Source: an uncultured Muribaculaceae bacterium
GTDB lineage: Bacteria > Bacillota_I > Bacilli_A > RF39 > UBA660
Assembly: GCA_964548815.1 (NCBI GenBank)
Contig: CAZJSD010000003.1
Span: 11,222-61,508, forward strand
Length of the DNA: 50,287 bases
Direction of reading: 5' to 3'
Under the pieces are notes generated by a model that worked only from the letters and a program-made list of their open reading frames with translations, was not told where the DNA came from and made no database searches. Position numbers and translations under genes: made by a program. Positions within the stretch are counted from its first letter, which is position 1. Every line of letters begins with the position of its first letter. Positions 9,447 to 18,664 of this stretch are shown piece by piece.

Positions 9447-10310
9447 ATGGCAAAAGAACCAAATTATAGTGCGATGAATGATTCTATATTAGATATTATT
9501 TCATTTTGTAAACAAACATTAGAAAATGAGAAAGCAGATACAGAAAAAAGAAAAGAAGAATTAAAGACAATTGCAAAAGATTTAATATCGAAAGGTCTAT
9601 CGGTTGATAGCAGTCTTGAAGCGCAAATAATTGCTGTAGAAAACATGATTAAAACTTTATCTTTTGATATTAGTACTGTTACTAATTTATATGACAAAAT
9701 ATATTCTATTACTCAAGATTCTTCAATGACTCCAGAAGAACAAAATAGTGAAATACAAAAAGAAGTAAAACCTTTTTTTGAAACTTATGGGAATGATTAT
9801 ACAACAGATGGTGATGTTGAAATAAAAAGAGGAAAATCTCAATTTAAAAATATAATGAGTCATACTAAAAGGTATGGAAAATTACAAAGTAAAATTGATA
9901 AATTAGATGAATCTGCTGCAAAATTAATGGTTAAAAGAACTGTTAATAATAAAGATAAAATTACAATAAGAGAAAAAATAATTGCTTCAAGAATAAAACG
10001 TTTAAAAACAAAACAAACTTCTATTAATAACAAACAAAGAATAATAATGTTTAATAGAAATGAAAGAATACAAAATAGAAATGCAGAGGTATCTGTAGCA
10101 AAAGGAAGAATGGATGTCGCAAAAGCTAAAAAAAAGGACATCATGAAAAAAAGATTAGAATCTCTTCAAGATAAAGATATTAAAGTTGGTTCATCAAATT
10201 TACTCTTATTTAAAGCTGGATTTAAAAAGAAGATTATCAATGATGAATTTAAGAATTGGGAAGAAAAAGCATTAAATGATATGAAAAAGAATTCAAAAAG
10301 GAAATTATAA
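9447..10310 (+). CDS. Hypothetical helical/coiled-coil protein with a basic C-terminal half
   Basis: 287-aa ORF with GGTGA RBS, coupled to the upstream gene. No recognised motif. Confidence 0.7.
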   Translation: MAKEPNYSAMNDSILDIISFCKQTLENEKADTEKRKEELKTIAKDLISKGLSVDSSLEAQIIAVENMIKTLSFDISTVTNLYDKIYSITQDSSMTPEEQNSEIQKEVKPFFETYGNDYTTDGDVEIKRGKSQFKNIMSHTKRYGKLQSKIDKLDESAAKLMVKRTVNNKDKITIREKIIASRIKRLKTKQTSINNKQRIIMFNRNERIQNRNAEVSVAKGRMDVAKAKKKDIMKKRLESLQDKDIKVGSSNLLLFKAGFKKKIINDEFKNWEEKALNDMKKNSKRKL

Positions 10311-10363
10311 TAATATGATTTCCTTTTTTCTTTCTTTATTATATAATAATATTGGTGATTGAA

Positions 10364-10927
10364 ATGAAAATTAATATTGGAGTAAGTGCAAGACATATAC
10401 ATTTAAGTAAAGAAGATTTTGAAATATTATTCCCTAATGAACAATTAAATGTTTATAAAGAACTATCTCAATATCCTAATTATGCATCTGATAAGAAGGT
10501 TATAATTAAGAATAATGATAGAAAAATAGAAAATGTTAGAGTAATTGGGCCATTAAGAAATGAAACACAAGTAGAGTTATCTAAAACAGATTGCTATTAT
10601 CTTAGAATTAACGCACCACTTTGTAATTCAGGAGAACTAGAAAATGCATCTGAAATAGAGATAATTAATGGTAATAAATCTATAAAAAGAAAGTGTGTAA
10701 TAATTCAAAATAGACATATTCATATGTCATATGAAGAATCAGAAAAATATGGTTATAAAGATGATCAAATAGTTAGAGTAAGAATAGATTCTATTAAAGG
10801 TGGAATTATGGATAATGTTCATATAAAACTAGGTGAAAAATTTATAACAGAACTACAACTTGATACTGATGATGCGAATGCATTTATGATTGAAGATGAT
10901 ACTAAAGGCGAATTGTTAGATGATTAA
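10364..10927 (+). CDS. pduL: PduL-family phosphate acyltransferase
   Basis: VSARHIHLS, VRVIGPLR.ETQVELS.TD, RHIHM and LDTDDANA motifs. GGTGA RBS favours the ATG at 10364. Confidence 0.92.
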   Translation: MKINIGVSARHIHLSKEDFEILFPNEQLNVYKELSQYPNYASDKKVIIKNNDRKIENVRVIGPLRNETQVELSKTDCYYLRINAPLCNSGELENASEIEIINGNKSIKRKCVIIQNRHIHMSYEESEKYGYKDDQIVRVRIDSIKGGIMDNVHIKLGEKFITELQLDTDDANAFMIEDDTKGELLDD

Positions 10928-10950
10928 AGATTAAGAAAGGGGGTATAATT

Positions 10951-12489
10951 ATGAATGAATCAAAGGTAATTGAATCTATAGAATATGTAAGAAAATATAA
11001 AACAGAAACTGATAGAATAGAAGTAAAAGCAGCACATGAGGGATTCCCTAAGAAATGTTATGACACAATTTCTAGTTTTTCAAATAAGTATGGGGGATTA
11101 ATAATATTTGGTATTAATGAAGAAAAGAATTTTAGCATAGAAGGAGTTTATGATGTCAAAGATTTACAAAAACAGATTAGTAGTTTATGCACTGATTCTA
11201 TGGAACCATCAATAAGACCAGAAATAATTCCGTTAGAATATGAAGGTAAAAATATTATTGCAGTATATATTAATGAGATTTCTCAAAATAGAAAACCTTG
11301 TTATTATAAGCCAAAAGGTATTAAGTCAGGTTCTTATACTCGTGTTGGTGATAGAGATGATAATATGACAGATTATGAATTGTATACCTTACAAAGTTAT
11401 AAAGAACATGTTTTTGAAGATACTAGACCTACTAAACGCTCTACAATTGAAGATTTAAATTTTAAACAATTAAAGATGTATATAGACAAAGTAAAAGAAG
11501 AAAAACCAAATTTTTCCAAAAATAGTATCGATAAATGTATGAGATTGTGTGGAATAACAGATAGAAATAATCAAAATGTATATCCAACTCTTGCAGGTAC
11601 AATGATTTTTGGAGATTATCCACAAAGTTTTTATCCACAGTTATTTGTCGCGTGTGTTGTAGTACCTGGTAATAAATTGGGTGATATAGGTAAAATGGGT
11701 GAAAGATTTATTGATAACAAACGTATTGAGGGTACAATTGAAGATATGTTATCTGATACAATCAGCTTTCTAAGAAGAAATATGAAAACAAGGGTTATAA
11801 TAGATTTAAATGGCAAAAGAATTAATCAAACTGAATACCCTATTGAAGCTTTAAGAGAAGCTGTTGCAAATGCTCTTATTCATAGGGATTATAGTGTTCA
11901 AACAGAGAATGCTTATATATCAGTCAACATGTATAACGATAGAATTGAAATAATAAGCCCAGGAGCATTATATGGTTCAAATAAACTTGATAAACTAGGA
12001 ACAGATACCACAATGGAGTCAAGAAATCCAACTATTGTTAGAATTTTAGAAGAAAAGGGTTCTGTAATTGAAAATAGACATTCTGGAATTCCAACTATAG
12101 TAAGAGAAATGAAAGAATATGGATTGCCAAAACCAGAGTTTATTGAAGAAAGAAATAGTTTTAAAGTAGTTTTAAGAAATAATTACTTTGAATTTGATTC
12201 TCAAGAAAGTGGACAAGAAAGTGGACAAGAAAGTGGACAAGAAAGTGGACAACAAACAACAATAGATGGTTATAAATTAAAAGTACTAAAATATTGCAAA
12301 ATAGCAAGAACAGCAAAAGAAATAAGAGAATATTTAAATATAAAATCAAGGCAATATGTTTCAACATATTTGATAAATCCATTAATTCTTTCGGGCAATC
12401 TTGATTACACTAATAAGAAAAGCATAAATGCAAGAAATCAAAAATATATTACAACAGTAAAAATAGAAGGTGAATTGTTAGATGATTAA
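10951..12489 (+). CDS. Schlafen/AlbA_2 + HATPase_c_4-type ATP-binding protein with C-terminal HTH-like region
   Basis: IEVK...ISSFSN..GG.IIFGI.E, YP.EALREAVANALIHRDY, SRNP.I and SGIP motifs. Confidence 0.88.
   Translation: MNESKVIESIEYVRKYKTETDRIEVKAAHEGFPKKCYDTISSFSNKYGGLIIFGINEEKNFSIEGVYDVKDLQKQISSLCTDSMEPSIRPEIIPLEYEGKNIIAVYINEISQNRKPCYYKPKGIKSGSYTRVGDRDDNMTDYELYTLQSYKEHVFEDTRPTKRSTIEDLNFKQLKMYIDKVKEEKPNFSKNSIDKCMRLCGITDRNNQNVYPTLAGTMIFGDYPQSFYPQLFVACVVVPGNKLGDIGKMGERFIDNKRIEGTIEDMLSDTISFLRRNMKTRVIIDLNGKRINQTEYPIEALREAVANALIHRDYSVQTENAYISVNMYNDRIEIISPGALYGSNKLDKLGTDTTMESRNPTIVRILEEKGSVIENRHSGIPTIVREMKEYGLPKPEFIEERNSFKVVLRNNYFEFDSQESGQESGQESGQESGQQTTIDGYKLKVLKYCKIARTAKEIREYLNIKSRQYVSTYLINPLILSGNLDYTNKKSINARNQKYITTVKIEGELLDD
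12202..12252 (+). repeat. 12-bp tandem repeat x4.25 (QESG)
   Basis: (caagaaagtgga)x4 followed by caa. Confidence 0.95.
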
Positions 12490-12991
12490 TATAGTATTAT
12501 ATGAACCAGAAATACCAGGAAATACTGGTAATATTATGAGAACAGCAGTTGCAACTAATTCTAAGTTGCACTTAATAGAACCATTAGGTTTTTCTTTGGA
12601 TGAGAAGTATTTAAAAAGAAGTTCTGCTAATTATATGGATAAATTAAACTATGAAGTATATCCTAATTGGGATGATTTTAAATCAAAAAATGAAGGAACA
12701 TTCTATTATTTAACTAGATATGGTAAAAAACCACATACTTCATTTGATTACTCAAATCCCAAAGAAAATATATATTTAGTATTTGGAAAAGAGAGTTCTG
12801 GTATTCCAAAAGAAATACTAAGAAATGATTTAGATAGATGCATGAGAATGCCTATGACTAAGGATGTAAGAGCATTAAATCTATCAAATACAGTAGCAAT
12901 TATGGTATATGAAGTATTAAGACAACAAAATTATAATGATTTACTATTAAAAGAACCACATAAAAGTGAAGATTATATAATAGAAGATTAA
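12482..12991 (+). CDS. trmL: tRNA (cytidine/uridine(34)-2'-O)-methyltransferase
   Basis: SPOUT motifs IVLYEPEIP.NTGNI.R, LHLIEPLGF, FGKES.G and RALNLSN.VAI..YE.LRQ. Confidence 0.93.
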   Translation: MINIVLYEPEIPGNTGNIMRTAVATNSKLHLIEPLGFSLDEKYLKRSSANYMDKLNYEVYPNWDDFKSKNEGTFYYLTRYGKKPHTSFDYSNPKENIYLVFGKESSGIPKEILRNDLDRCMRMPMTKDVRALNLSNTVAIMVYEVLRQQNYNDLLLKEPHKSEDYIIED

Positions 12992-13024
12992 TGTGTAAAA
13001 GAAATAAAAAAAATACTATATTTC

Positions 13025-13053
13025 TTGACATTTATATTAAAAGAATGTATTAT
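13025..13053 (+). promoter_or_regulatory. Sigma-A-type promoter of the pilin gene
   Basis: TTGACA-17 bp-TATTAT, with AAGGAG RBS at ~13070. Confidence 0.7.
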
Positions 13054-13083
13054 AAAAGTAGTTTAGGGAAAGGAGATTATATT

Positions 13084-13452
13084 ATGGGACTTATGTTTTT
13101 GGATAATACAATTAAACTTTATGTATGTAAGGAAGAGACATTATTTATATTTCAAATAGCTAGATTAGTTATTAGATTTTTACAAATAGCTGTACCTTTC
13201 GCATTAATTATTTGGGGTTCATTAGATTTCTTTAAAGCTGTAGTAGCTGGCGATGACAAAGAAATTAAACAAAAGAGAAAACCATTTGTTCAAAGATTAA
13301 TTGCAGCAATAATAATTTTATTATTACCTATGTTAGTTGATATAATAATGAAAACAATTGCTTCAAATACAGAAACTGATTTTGCAACATGTTGGACTGA
13401 AGCAGATCCAAAAAATGGAATAATATTACCTGATCCAGGCGACGTTAATTAA
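13084..13452 (+). CDS. VirB2/TrbC-like pilin
   Basis: Start moved to ATG 13084 (RBS). Two hydrophobic helices linked by DFFKAVVAGDDKEIKQKRK. First gene of the T4SS cluster. Confidence 0.7.
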   Translation: MGLMFLDNTIKLYVCKEETLFIFQIARLVIRFLQIAVPFALIIWGSLDFFKAVVAGDDKEIKQKRKPFVQRLIAAIIILLLPMLVDIIMKTIASNTETDFATCWTEADPKNGIILPDPGDVN

Positions 13453-13474
13453 TTATTACTATTTTATTGATATT

Positions 13475-13503
13475 AAGATGATTCTATTTAGAATCATTTT
13501 TTT
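13475..13503 (+). terminator. Intrinsic terminator after the pilin gene
   Basis: atgattcta-tt-tagaatcat followed by a T run. Confidence 0.6.
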
Positions 13504-13522
13504 ATTATTTTAGTGCTTTTTG

Positions 13523-13551
13523 TTGTTTATTTATAAATAATATGATATACT
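13523..13551 (+). promoter_or_regulatory. Promoter for the pilin-fusion/VirB6/VirB4 operon
   Basis: TTGTTT-17 bp-TATACT with an extended TG. Confidence 0.5.
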
Positions 13552-13580
13552 TTTAAGTGTAGAATAAGGTGGTGTTTTAA

Positions 13581-15641
13581 ATGGTGAAAATAAACAAGAA
13601 AACATTATATTTTATTATACTTTTTTCTATATTTTTTATAGGAATTAATAAAGTAAATGCTCTTGAATGTGAATATTATTTACCATTTTCAGGTATAGAT
13701 GCAAGCGGTAATTATGTAGAACCAGATGATAATATGAAGTGTTATCAAAATTCTGGAATGCGCGAATGCTCTATAAAAGCAAATCTTAATAGTGAATTTA
13801 CCCCAACATATAAATGTGAAAAATATGCCTTTTATGCGGGTATTCTTGAAATGGATTGGGGAGATATATTAACTCCAGCAGGATATAGTGTAGGTGCAAC
13901 AGCAGGAAAAGTAAAAAATGCACAATATTATAAAACTTACGCATATAAAATGCTTGGCACAAATGGAAATGAAACAGATGAAAAAAAAGTATCAACTGGA
14001 GTAAAAACTGTTATTCAAGCTGATAAAAAATGCCCAAAGTATATCGTTGTACAAAAAAAAGATAATAATATATTTAAACAAAAATCTAAATTTTATGAAG
14101 AATTATCATCAGATCATGAAGATTTTCCTTGTCTTGCTGGCTCATCAGATAATATAGTAAAACCAATATCTCATGATTCAAGAAATAATTTTCAACAAGT
14201 TGAAACAGAAGATAATTATTATATGATATATAAAAGTACAGAAGATGATAAGGTTTATAGAACATATTTAAAAAGTTTTTACAAAATAAGTGGTAGTAAA
14301 AAAGGCAATGGTAGTGTATCTATTTCGGATTTTTCATCAGACTACTATATATTACCGTATCGTTCTAAGCAATATCATGGTGAAAAAGAAATAGCACAGG
14401 TAGAGGATGCTAAGGATGCGGCAAGGGTATATGTTGAAACATTTGACAGTGTTTGGTACAAAAAAATGGTTAATTACCACAAAAAATTAGAAAGTGATTG
14501 TGGTAAAGATTGGTTTAATTATATCAACTTGAAAAACTTTGATTTTACAGGATCTAGCAAATTATTTGATTATGCAGAAGGTACTTATAACAAGAATAAT
14601 TTGCAAAATAATGATAAAAATATTAGTAAACAATGCTGGAATACTAGAAGTGATTTTTTCAAAGCATTTGAATCAATGCAATTATTCATGTATGGAATGG
14701 GTGCTAATACAGTAACAGTTTTTGAAAGCATATCAAATATAGATGAAGATACAATTGAAGATTATATAAAAACTTTAGAAAGTGTTTCAATAACAGAAGC
14801 AGAACATCAAAATTTGTATTATAGAGTATATTTGGAGGACGATACAAGAATAAATCATTTTAAGTATTTATTATCTTTCTTTGAAGGTGTTAAAATAGGG
14901 ACATCATTTACTCCAGAAGTATTTAAATCATCTACAAATAAATTAGTAGAAAAAAAGGATGCAATAAGATACAAAAAAAAGGTTTTAATGGCTGATCAAT
15001 GCGCTTATAAGTGTTCTAGAATAGAAGATCCTGATAGTTATAATACATGTAAAGATAAAAATCAATCATATAAAGATTGTATAAACGCTTTGAAAGCTTG
15101 TGGGGCAAAAGTATGTACAGATTGTATAGATAAGGATTATGAATCTGATGATTATAAGAATTGTATAAATGGATGTTCTAGGGTTGATAGCAGTTGTATG
15201 GAATCAAAAGGAGTTAAGGATTTCTTAAAAGAGTCACAAGCCGCTTTAGATAAAGTTGATAAAACAATCGAAGATTTGGATAAAGCATCTGAATATACAT
15301 ATGAACCAGTTTCACTTCCAATAATTACATGGGAGAGTTCAGAATATGAACCAGAATGTAAAGACGTTAAAGTAATAACATGGTTATGGAGTATTGTTAC
15401 TTTATTGGCTCCTTTCTTGTTAATAATATTTGCTTCATTTGATTATTTTAAAGCAGTTATGGCATCTGATGAAGAAAACATTAAAAAAGCGAAAAAGAAA
15501 GCTCCATTAAGGTTAGTAGCATTTATATTATTAATAATTGTACCAGTCTTAATAAAGTTTATAGCAGGTAAATTTGGTACTAATAGAGCAAATAATCTTA
15601 CTTATTTAAGATGTATTGTAACCGGGGACACAGGAGAGTGA
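13581..15641 (+). CDS. Large Cys-rich secreted domain fused to a C-terminal VirB2-like pilin domain
   Basis: Signal peptide ending VNA and many Cys. C-terminal PFLLIIFASFDYFKAVMASDEENIKK...RL.A...P is homologous to the upstream pilin. Confidence 0.75.
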   Translation: MVKINKKTLYFIILFSIFFIGINKVNALECEYYLPFSGIDASGNYVEPDDNMKCYQNSGMRECSIKANLNSEFTPTYKCEKYAFYAGILEMDWGDILTPAGYSVGATAGKVKNAQYYKTYAYKMLGTNGNETDEKKVSTGVKTVIQADKKCPKYIVVQKKDNNIFKQKSKFYEELSSDHEDFPCLAGSSDNIVKPISHDSRNNFQQVETEDNYYMIYKSTEDDKVYRTYLKSFYKISGSKKGNGSVSISDFSSDYYILPYRSKQYHGEKEIAQVEDAKDAARVYVETFDSVWYKKMVNYHKKLESDCGKDWFNYINLKNFDFTGSSKLFDYAEGTYNKNNLQNNDKNISKQCWNTRSDFFKAFESMQLFMYGMGANTVTVFESISNIDEDTIEDYIKTLESVSITEAEHQNLYYRVYLEDDTRINHFKYLLSFFEGVKIGTSFTPEVFKSSTNKLVEKKDAIRYKKKVLMADQCAYKCSRIEDPDSYNTCKDKNQSYKDCINALKACGAKVCTDCIDKDYESDDYKNCINGCSRVDSSCMESKGVKDFLKESQAALDKVDKTIEDLDKASEYTYEPVSLPIITWESSEYEPECKDVKVITWLWSIVTLLAPFLLIIFASFDYFKAVMASDEENIKKAKKKAPLRLVAFILLIIVPVLIKFIAGKFGTNRANNLTYLRCIVTGDTGE

Positions 15642-15651
15642 GGGATTAAGA

Positions 15652-17802
15652 ATGGAAAATATATTTAGAAGTTTAAGTTTTAATATTGTACAAGCTGTTT
15701 ATCCCTTAATACCTGATTTGTATGGAATTATTATAGATATAGGATCAAATCAGTATTTTACTGCAGAAGCTATACAAAAATTATCTAGTAATATTTATCT
15801 AGTAATAAGTGTTTGTATGCTGTTTGCCCTTGGAATATCGCTCATAAGTGCGATAGTTAATCCTGATCTGTTTTCAGATAAAAAGAAGGGTGTAAAATCT
15901 GTCGCTTTGCGTTCAGTTGCTGCAATATTTTTAATAATTTTAATTCCAATGGGATTTAATAAACTGTATGAAGTTCAAAGTGATGTGGTCAAAAATCAAT
16001 TGGTTGAAAAAATAGTATTGGGAATGGATCCAAATGTTAGTAATGATCCTGGGCAAATATTAGCTGCTTATGGATTTGCTTCTTTTTGTGAACCACATGA
16101 AACAGTTAGTTCTCAAGCATTAAGTAGTCAAGGGGCTGATTTATATAATAAAGCATTGACTGAGGATATTAGTTATATAAAGCAAATGGATGGAGTAATT
16201 AATTCAAAAACTAATGGAGAATATGATTTAGAGTATAATGCAATAATTGCTCCGGCAGTTGGAATATATTTGCTATATCAAATGATAATTATTGCTATAG
16301 ATATAGCATTAAGAACAATTAAACTAGGTATGCTACAGCTTATAGCACCTATAATCTTATGTGGTTATGTAATCGCAGGTACAGATATATTACAAAAGTG
16401 GTTCAAAATGGTAATGTCTACATTCGTACTATTATTTTTGAAAATGGCTATGATAGCGTTTATGATATTTGGTTTATCATTATTGCCTGATTTCCTTGAG
16501 AATTTTTCATCAAAGAGTTTTTGGTATAGAGGATTCTTAAGAATGTTTATAATAATAGGTTTATTGCAATTAATTAAGCAAATACCTGAAATAATAAATA
16601 ATATATTTGGTGCTAATATTAAAGATAGAGGCGGTATTAGAGGTAGACTTGGAGAAATGGCAGGAGTTGGTGCCCTTGCACAAAGGGGATGGGATCAACT
16701 TAGACAACATCCTATTCAAACAGCGCAAACTTTGGTTAGTGCTCCACTATCAGCAGTAGGTGGAGGACTTGCCCATAATGTGGCAGCTATAAATAGAGCA
16801 AGGGGTCAATGGACTAATGGTAATCGTCGTGCTGCCATTGGAACTGTATTAGGTGGTTTGCTAGGGACAGGTGGTGCTGCTATGCGTGGTGGCCGAATGG
16901 GTTGGCAAAATAGAAACCTTCAAGGTATTGGTGCACAAGGTCATAGGTATGAAGATACACATGTTGGTGATTCAACATTAAATGGTAGAGTACAAGATAG
17001 TATTTTATCAGGATTAGGTTTAAGAACTAGACAAGAACAACAAGAGCAAAGAGATAGATTAGTTAATTATAATGGTAATAGATATACTGTAGATCAATTA
17101 AATAATATGAGAAGTCAGCATGATGCTGTAATGCAACGTAGAAATGCTATTCGTGATGCAGCAGTAGATGCAATAACAGCTGATGATTCAAATCTTAGAA
17201 TGAACGTTACCGGCTTAGGAACTGGTAATTACAACCAATTGCTTCACCAATTGGAAGGAATGAGAAATGCACCACTTCAACAAAGAGCAGGAGAAACAGA
17301 TGTACAATTCCAGCAAAGAGTTGCTGATCATCAACAAAGAATAAATGATTTAGAAAATGATTTAATGTTGGCTAGAAATAATACTAGAGATGCTCTTATC
17401 GAATATGCCATGAGTCATGGTGGTGAATTTGAAAGAAGAGATGAGAATAACCATATCATTCATTCTATAAATGGTGAAACGGTTAATGGAGTTAATATAA
17501 ATGCAATTGATGCTACTCAAAATGCAGTTTCGGCAAGGGATCGTGGAATAATTCAAACAAATTACAATACAATAAATGATATGGGTATTGGAGATATTCA
17601 TTCATTACAAGCATTAAATGATGCTAACGCTGAAGCTCAGAATAATCTGAATGCTATAGATACAGCATTACAATCTCATCAACAACGTGTTTATGATAGA
17701 CAAAATAGCGAAGAAGGAAGAGAACGCGCTGACTCAAACACATCAGTACAAAATAGAAATAATGGGGGAAGTAATAATGGTGGTGGCGGAAATGGTCATT
17801 AG
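15652..17802 (+). CDS. Extended VirB6/TrbL-like polytopic T4SS membrane protein
   Basis: Several TM helices, R.IKL..LQLIAPI...W motif, IP.II..IFG, then a Gly/Gln/Asn/Arg-rich tail. Position in the cluster fits VirB6. Confidence 0.75.
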   Translation: MENIFRSLSFNIVQAVYPLIPDLYGIIIDIGSNQYFTAEAIQKLSSNIYLVISVCMLFALGISLISAIVNPDLFSDKKKGVKSVALRSVAAIFLIILIPMGFNKLYEVQSDVVKNQLVEKIVLGMDPNVSNDPGQILAAYGFASFCEPHETVSSQALSSQGADLYNKALTEDISYIKQMDGVINSKTNGEYDLEYNAIIAPAVGIYLLYQMIIIAIDIALRTIKLGMLQLIAPIILCGYVIAGTDILQKWFKMVMSTFVLLFLKMAMIAFMIFGLSLLPDFLENFSSKSFWYRGFLRMFIIIGLLQLIKQIPEIINNIFGANIKDRGGIRGRLGEMAGVGALAQRGWDQLRQHPIQTAQTLVSAPLSAVGGGLAHNVAAINRARGQWTNGNRRAAIGTVLGGLLGTGGAAMRGGRMGWQNRNLQGIGAQGHRYEDTHVGDSTLNGRVQDSILSGLGLRTRQEQQEQRDRLVNYNGNRYTVDQLNNMRSQHDAVMQRRNAIRDAAVDAITADDSNLRMNVTGLGTGNYNQLLHQLEGMRNAPLQQRAGETDVQFQQRVADHQQRINDLENDLMLARNNTRDALIEYAMSHGGEFERRDENNHIIHSINGETVNGVNINAIDATQNAVSARDRGIIQTNYNTINDMGIGDIHSLQALNDANAEAQNNLNAIDTALQSHQQRVYDRQNSEEGRERADSNTSVQNRNNGGSNNGGGGNGH

Positions 17803-17823
17803 AAATAGGGAGTGTGATATTAG

Positions 17824-18138
17824 ATGAATACAAATATGTTTTTGATACCAGCAAATTCTAAGAATGGTAAACTGATATTTAGTTTATTTACTAGATTCGA
17901 CTTAATATTAGTTAGTTCTGGGTTGGCATTTACTATTTTATCGGTAATAATATTTAGTCCATCTACTTTTCGTGGCCTGATATTTTGCTTACTACCTGGT
18001 TTGATATGTACAACATTGGTTATACCAATACCACATTATCATAATGTTTTTACAGTTTTTAAAGATATAATAGAATTTTTCTATCAAAGAAGAAATTATA
18101 AATGGGAAGGATGGTGTGCATCTGATGAATTCAAATAG
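17824..18138 (+). CDS. VirB3/PrgI/TcpE-like small membrane protein
   Basis: 104 aa, two TM helices, FLIPAN N-terminus, RR.Y.W.G tail, located upstream of VirB4. Confidence 0.6.
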   Translation: MNTNMFLIPANSKNGKLIFSLFTRFDLILVSSGLAFTILSVIIFSPSTFRGLIFCLLPGLICTTLVIPIPHYHNVFTVFKDIIEFFYQRRNYKWEGWCASDEFK

Positions 18139-18664
18139 TCCGTTAACAGAAAATTGGATTACAGTTAAAGATATTAATAATAATATCATTTTCTTAGATA
18201 ATAACATGATGGTTACTGGTATTAAAGTACAACCTAAGAATATTTTTATTATGGATCAACAAAGTCAATTAATTGTTGTGGATCAGTTGAGAACATTTTA
18301 TAATTTAATAGATTTTGAGTTTTGGCTTATTATAGCTGATAGACCAGTTGATATTAATTTATATATTTCTCAACTAGAATTACATTTAAATAATGTTAAT
18401 GATCCAGCATTAAGAAAATTAGTAGTAAATGATATAGAAAAAGCTGATTTATTTATGCATAATGATGTTGTTGATACAGAATATTTCATTTTATTTAAAG
18501 ACGATAATTCAGAGTCTTTAAATAAAAAAGTAAGAAATTTAATTAATAGTTTGGCAAATTGTGGATTAATTGCTTCACAGACTTCGAATGAAGATTTACG
18601 AATGATATTAGATAATTTCTTAAATGGGGGTCAAACATTTAAAGAAAGGACGGTGACATCATGA
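18125..18664 (+). CDS. T4SS-associated protein resembling the TrsD/TraE-N-like partner of VirB4
   Basis: IKV.P.N.F pattern, overlaps both neighbours. Start probably ATG 18125. Confidence 0.55.
   Translation: MNSNSPLTENWITVKDINNNIIFLDNNMMVTGIKVQPKNIFIMDQQSQLIVVDQLRTFYNLIDFEFWLIIADRPVDINLYISQLELHLNNVNDPALRKLVVNDIEKADLFMHNDVVDTEYFILFKDDNSESLNKKVRNLINSLANCGLIASQTSNEDLRMILDNFLNGGQTFKERTVTS

Larger units (their letters stand above)
10905..12489 (+). repeat. 23-bp direct repeat (10905-10927 and 12467-12489) flanking the AlbA_2 gene
   Basis: aagg(c/t)gaattgttagatgattaa. Both ORFs end in GELLDD*. Confidence 0.85.

Noticed and set aside
12202-12252. CRISPR array
   Set aside because: It is a 12-bp tandem coding repeat without spacers, and there are no cas genes.
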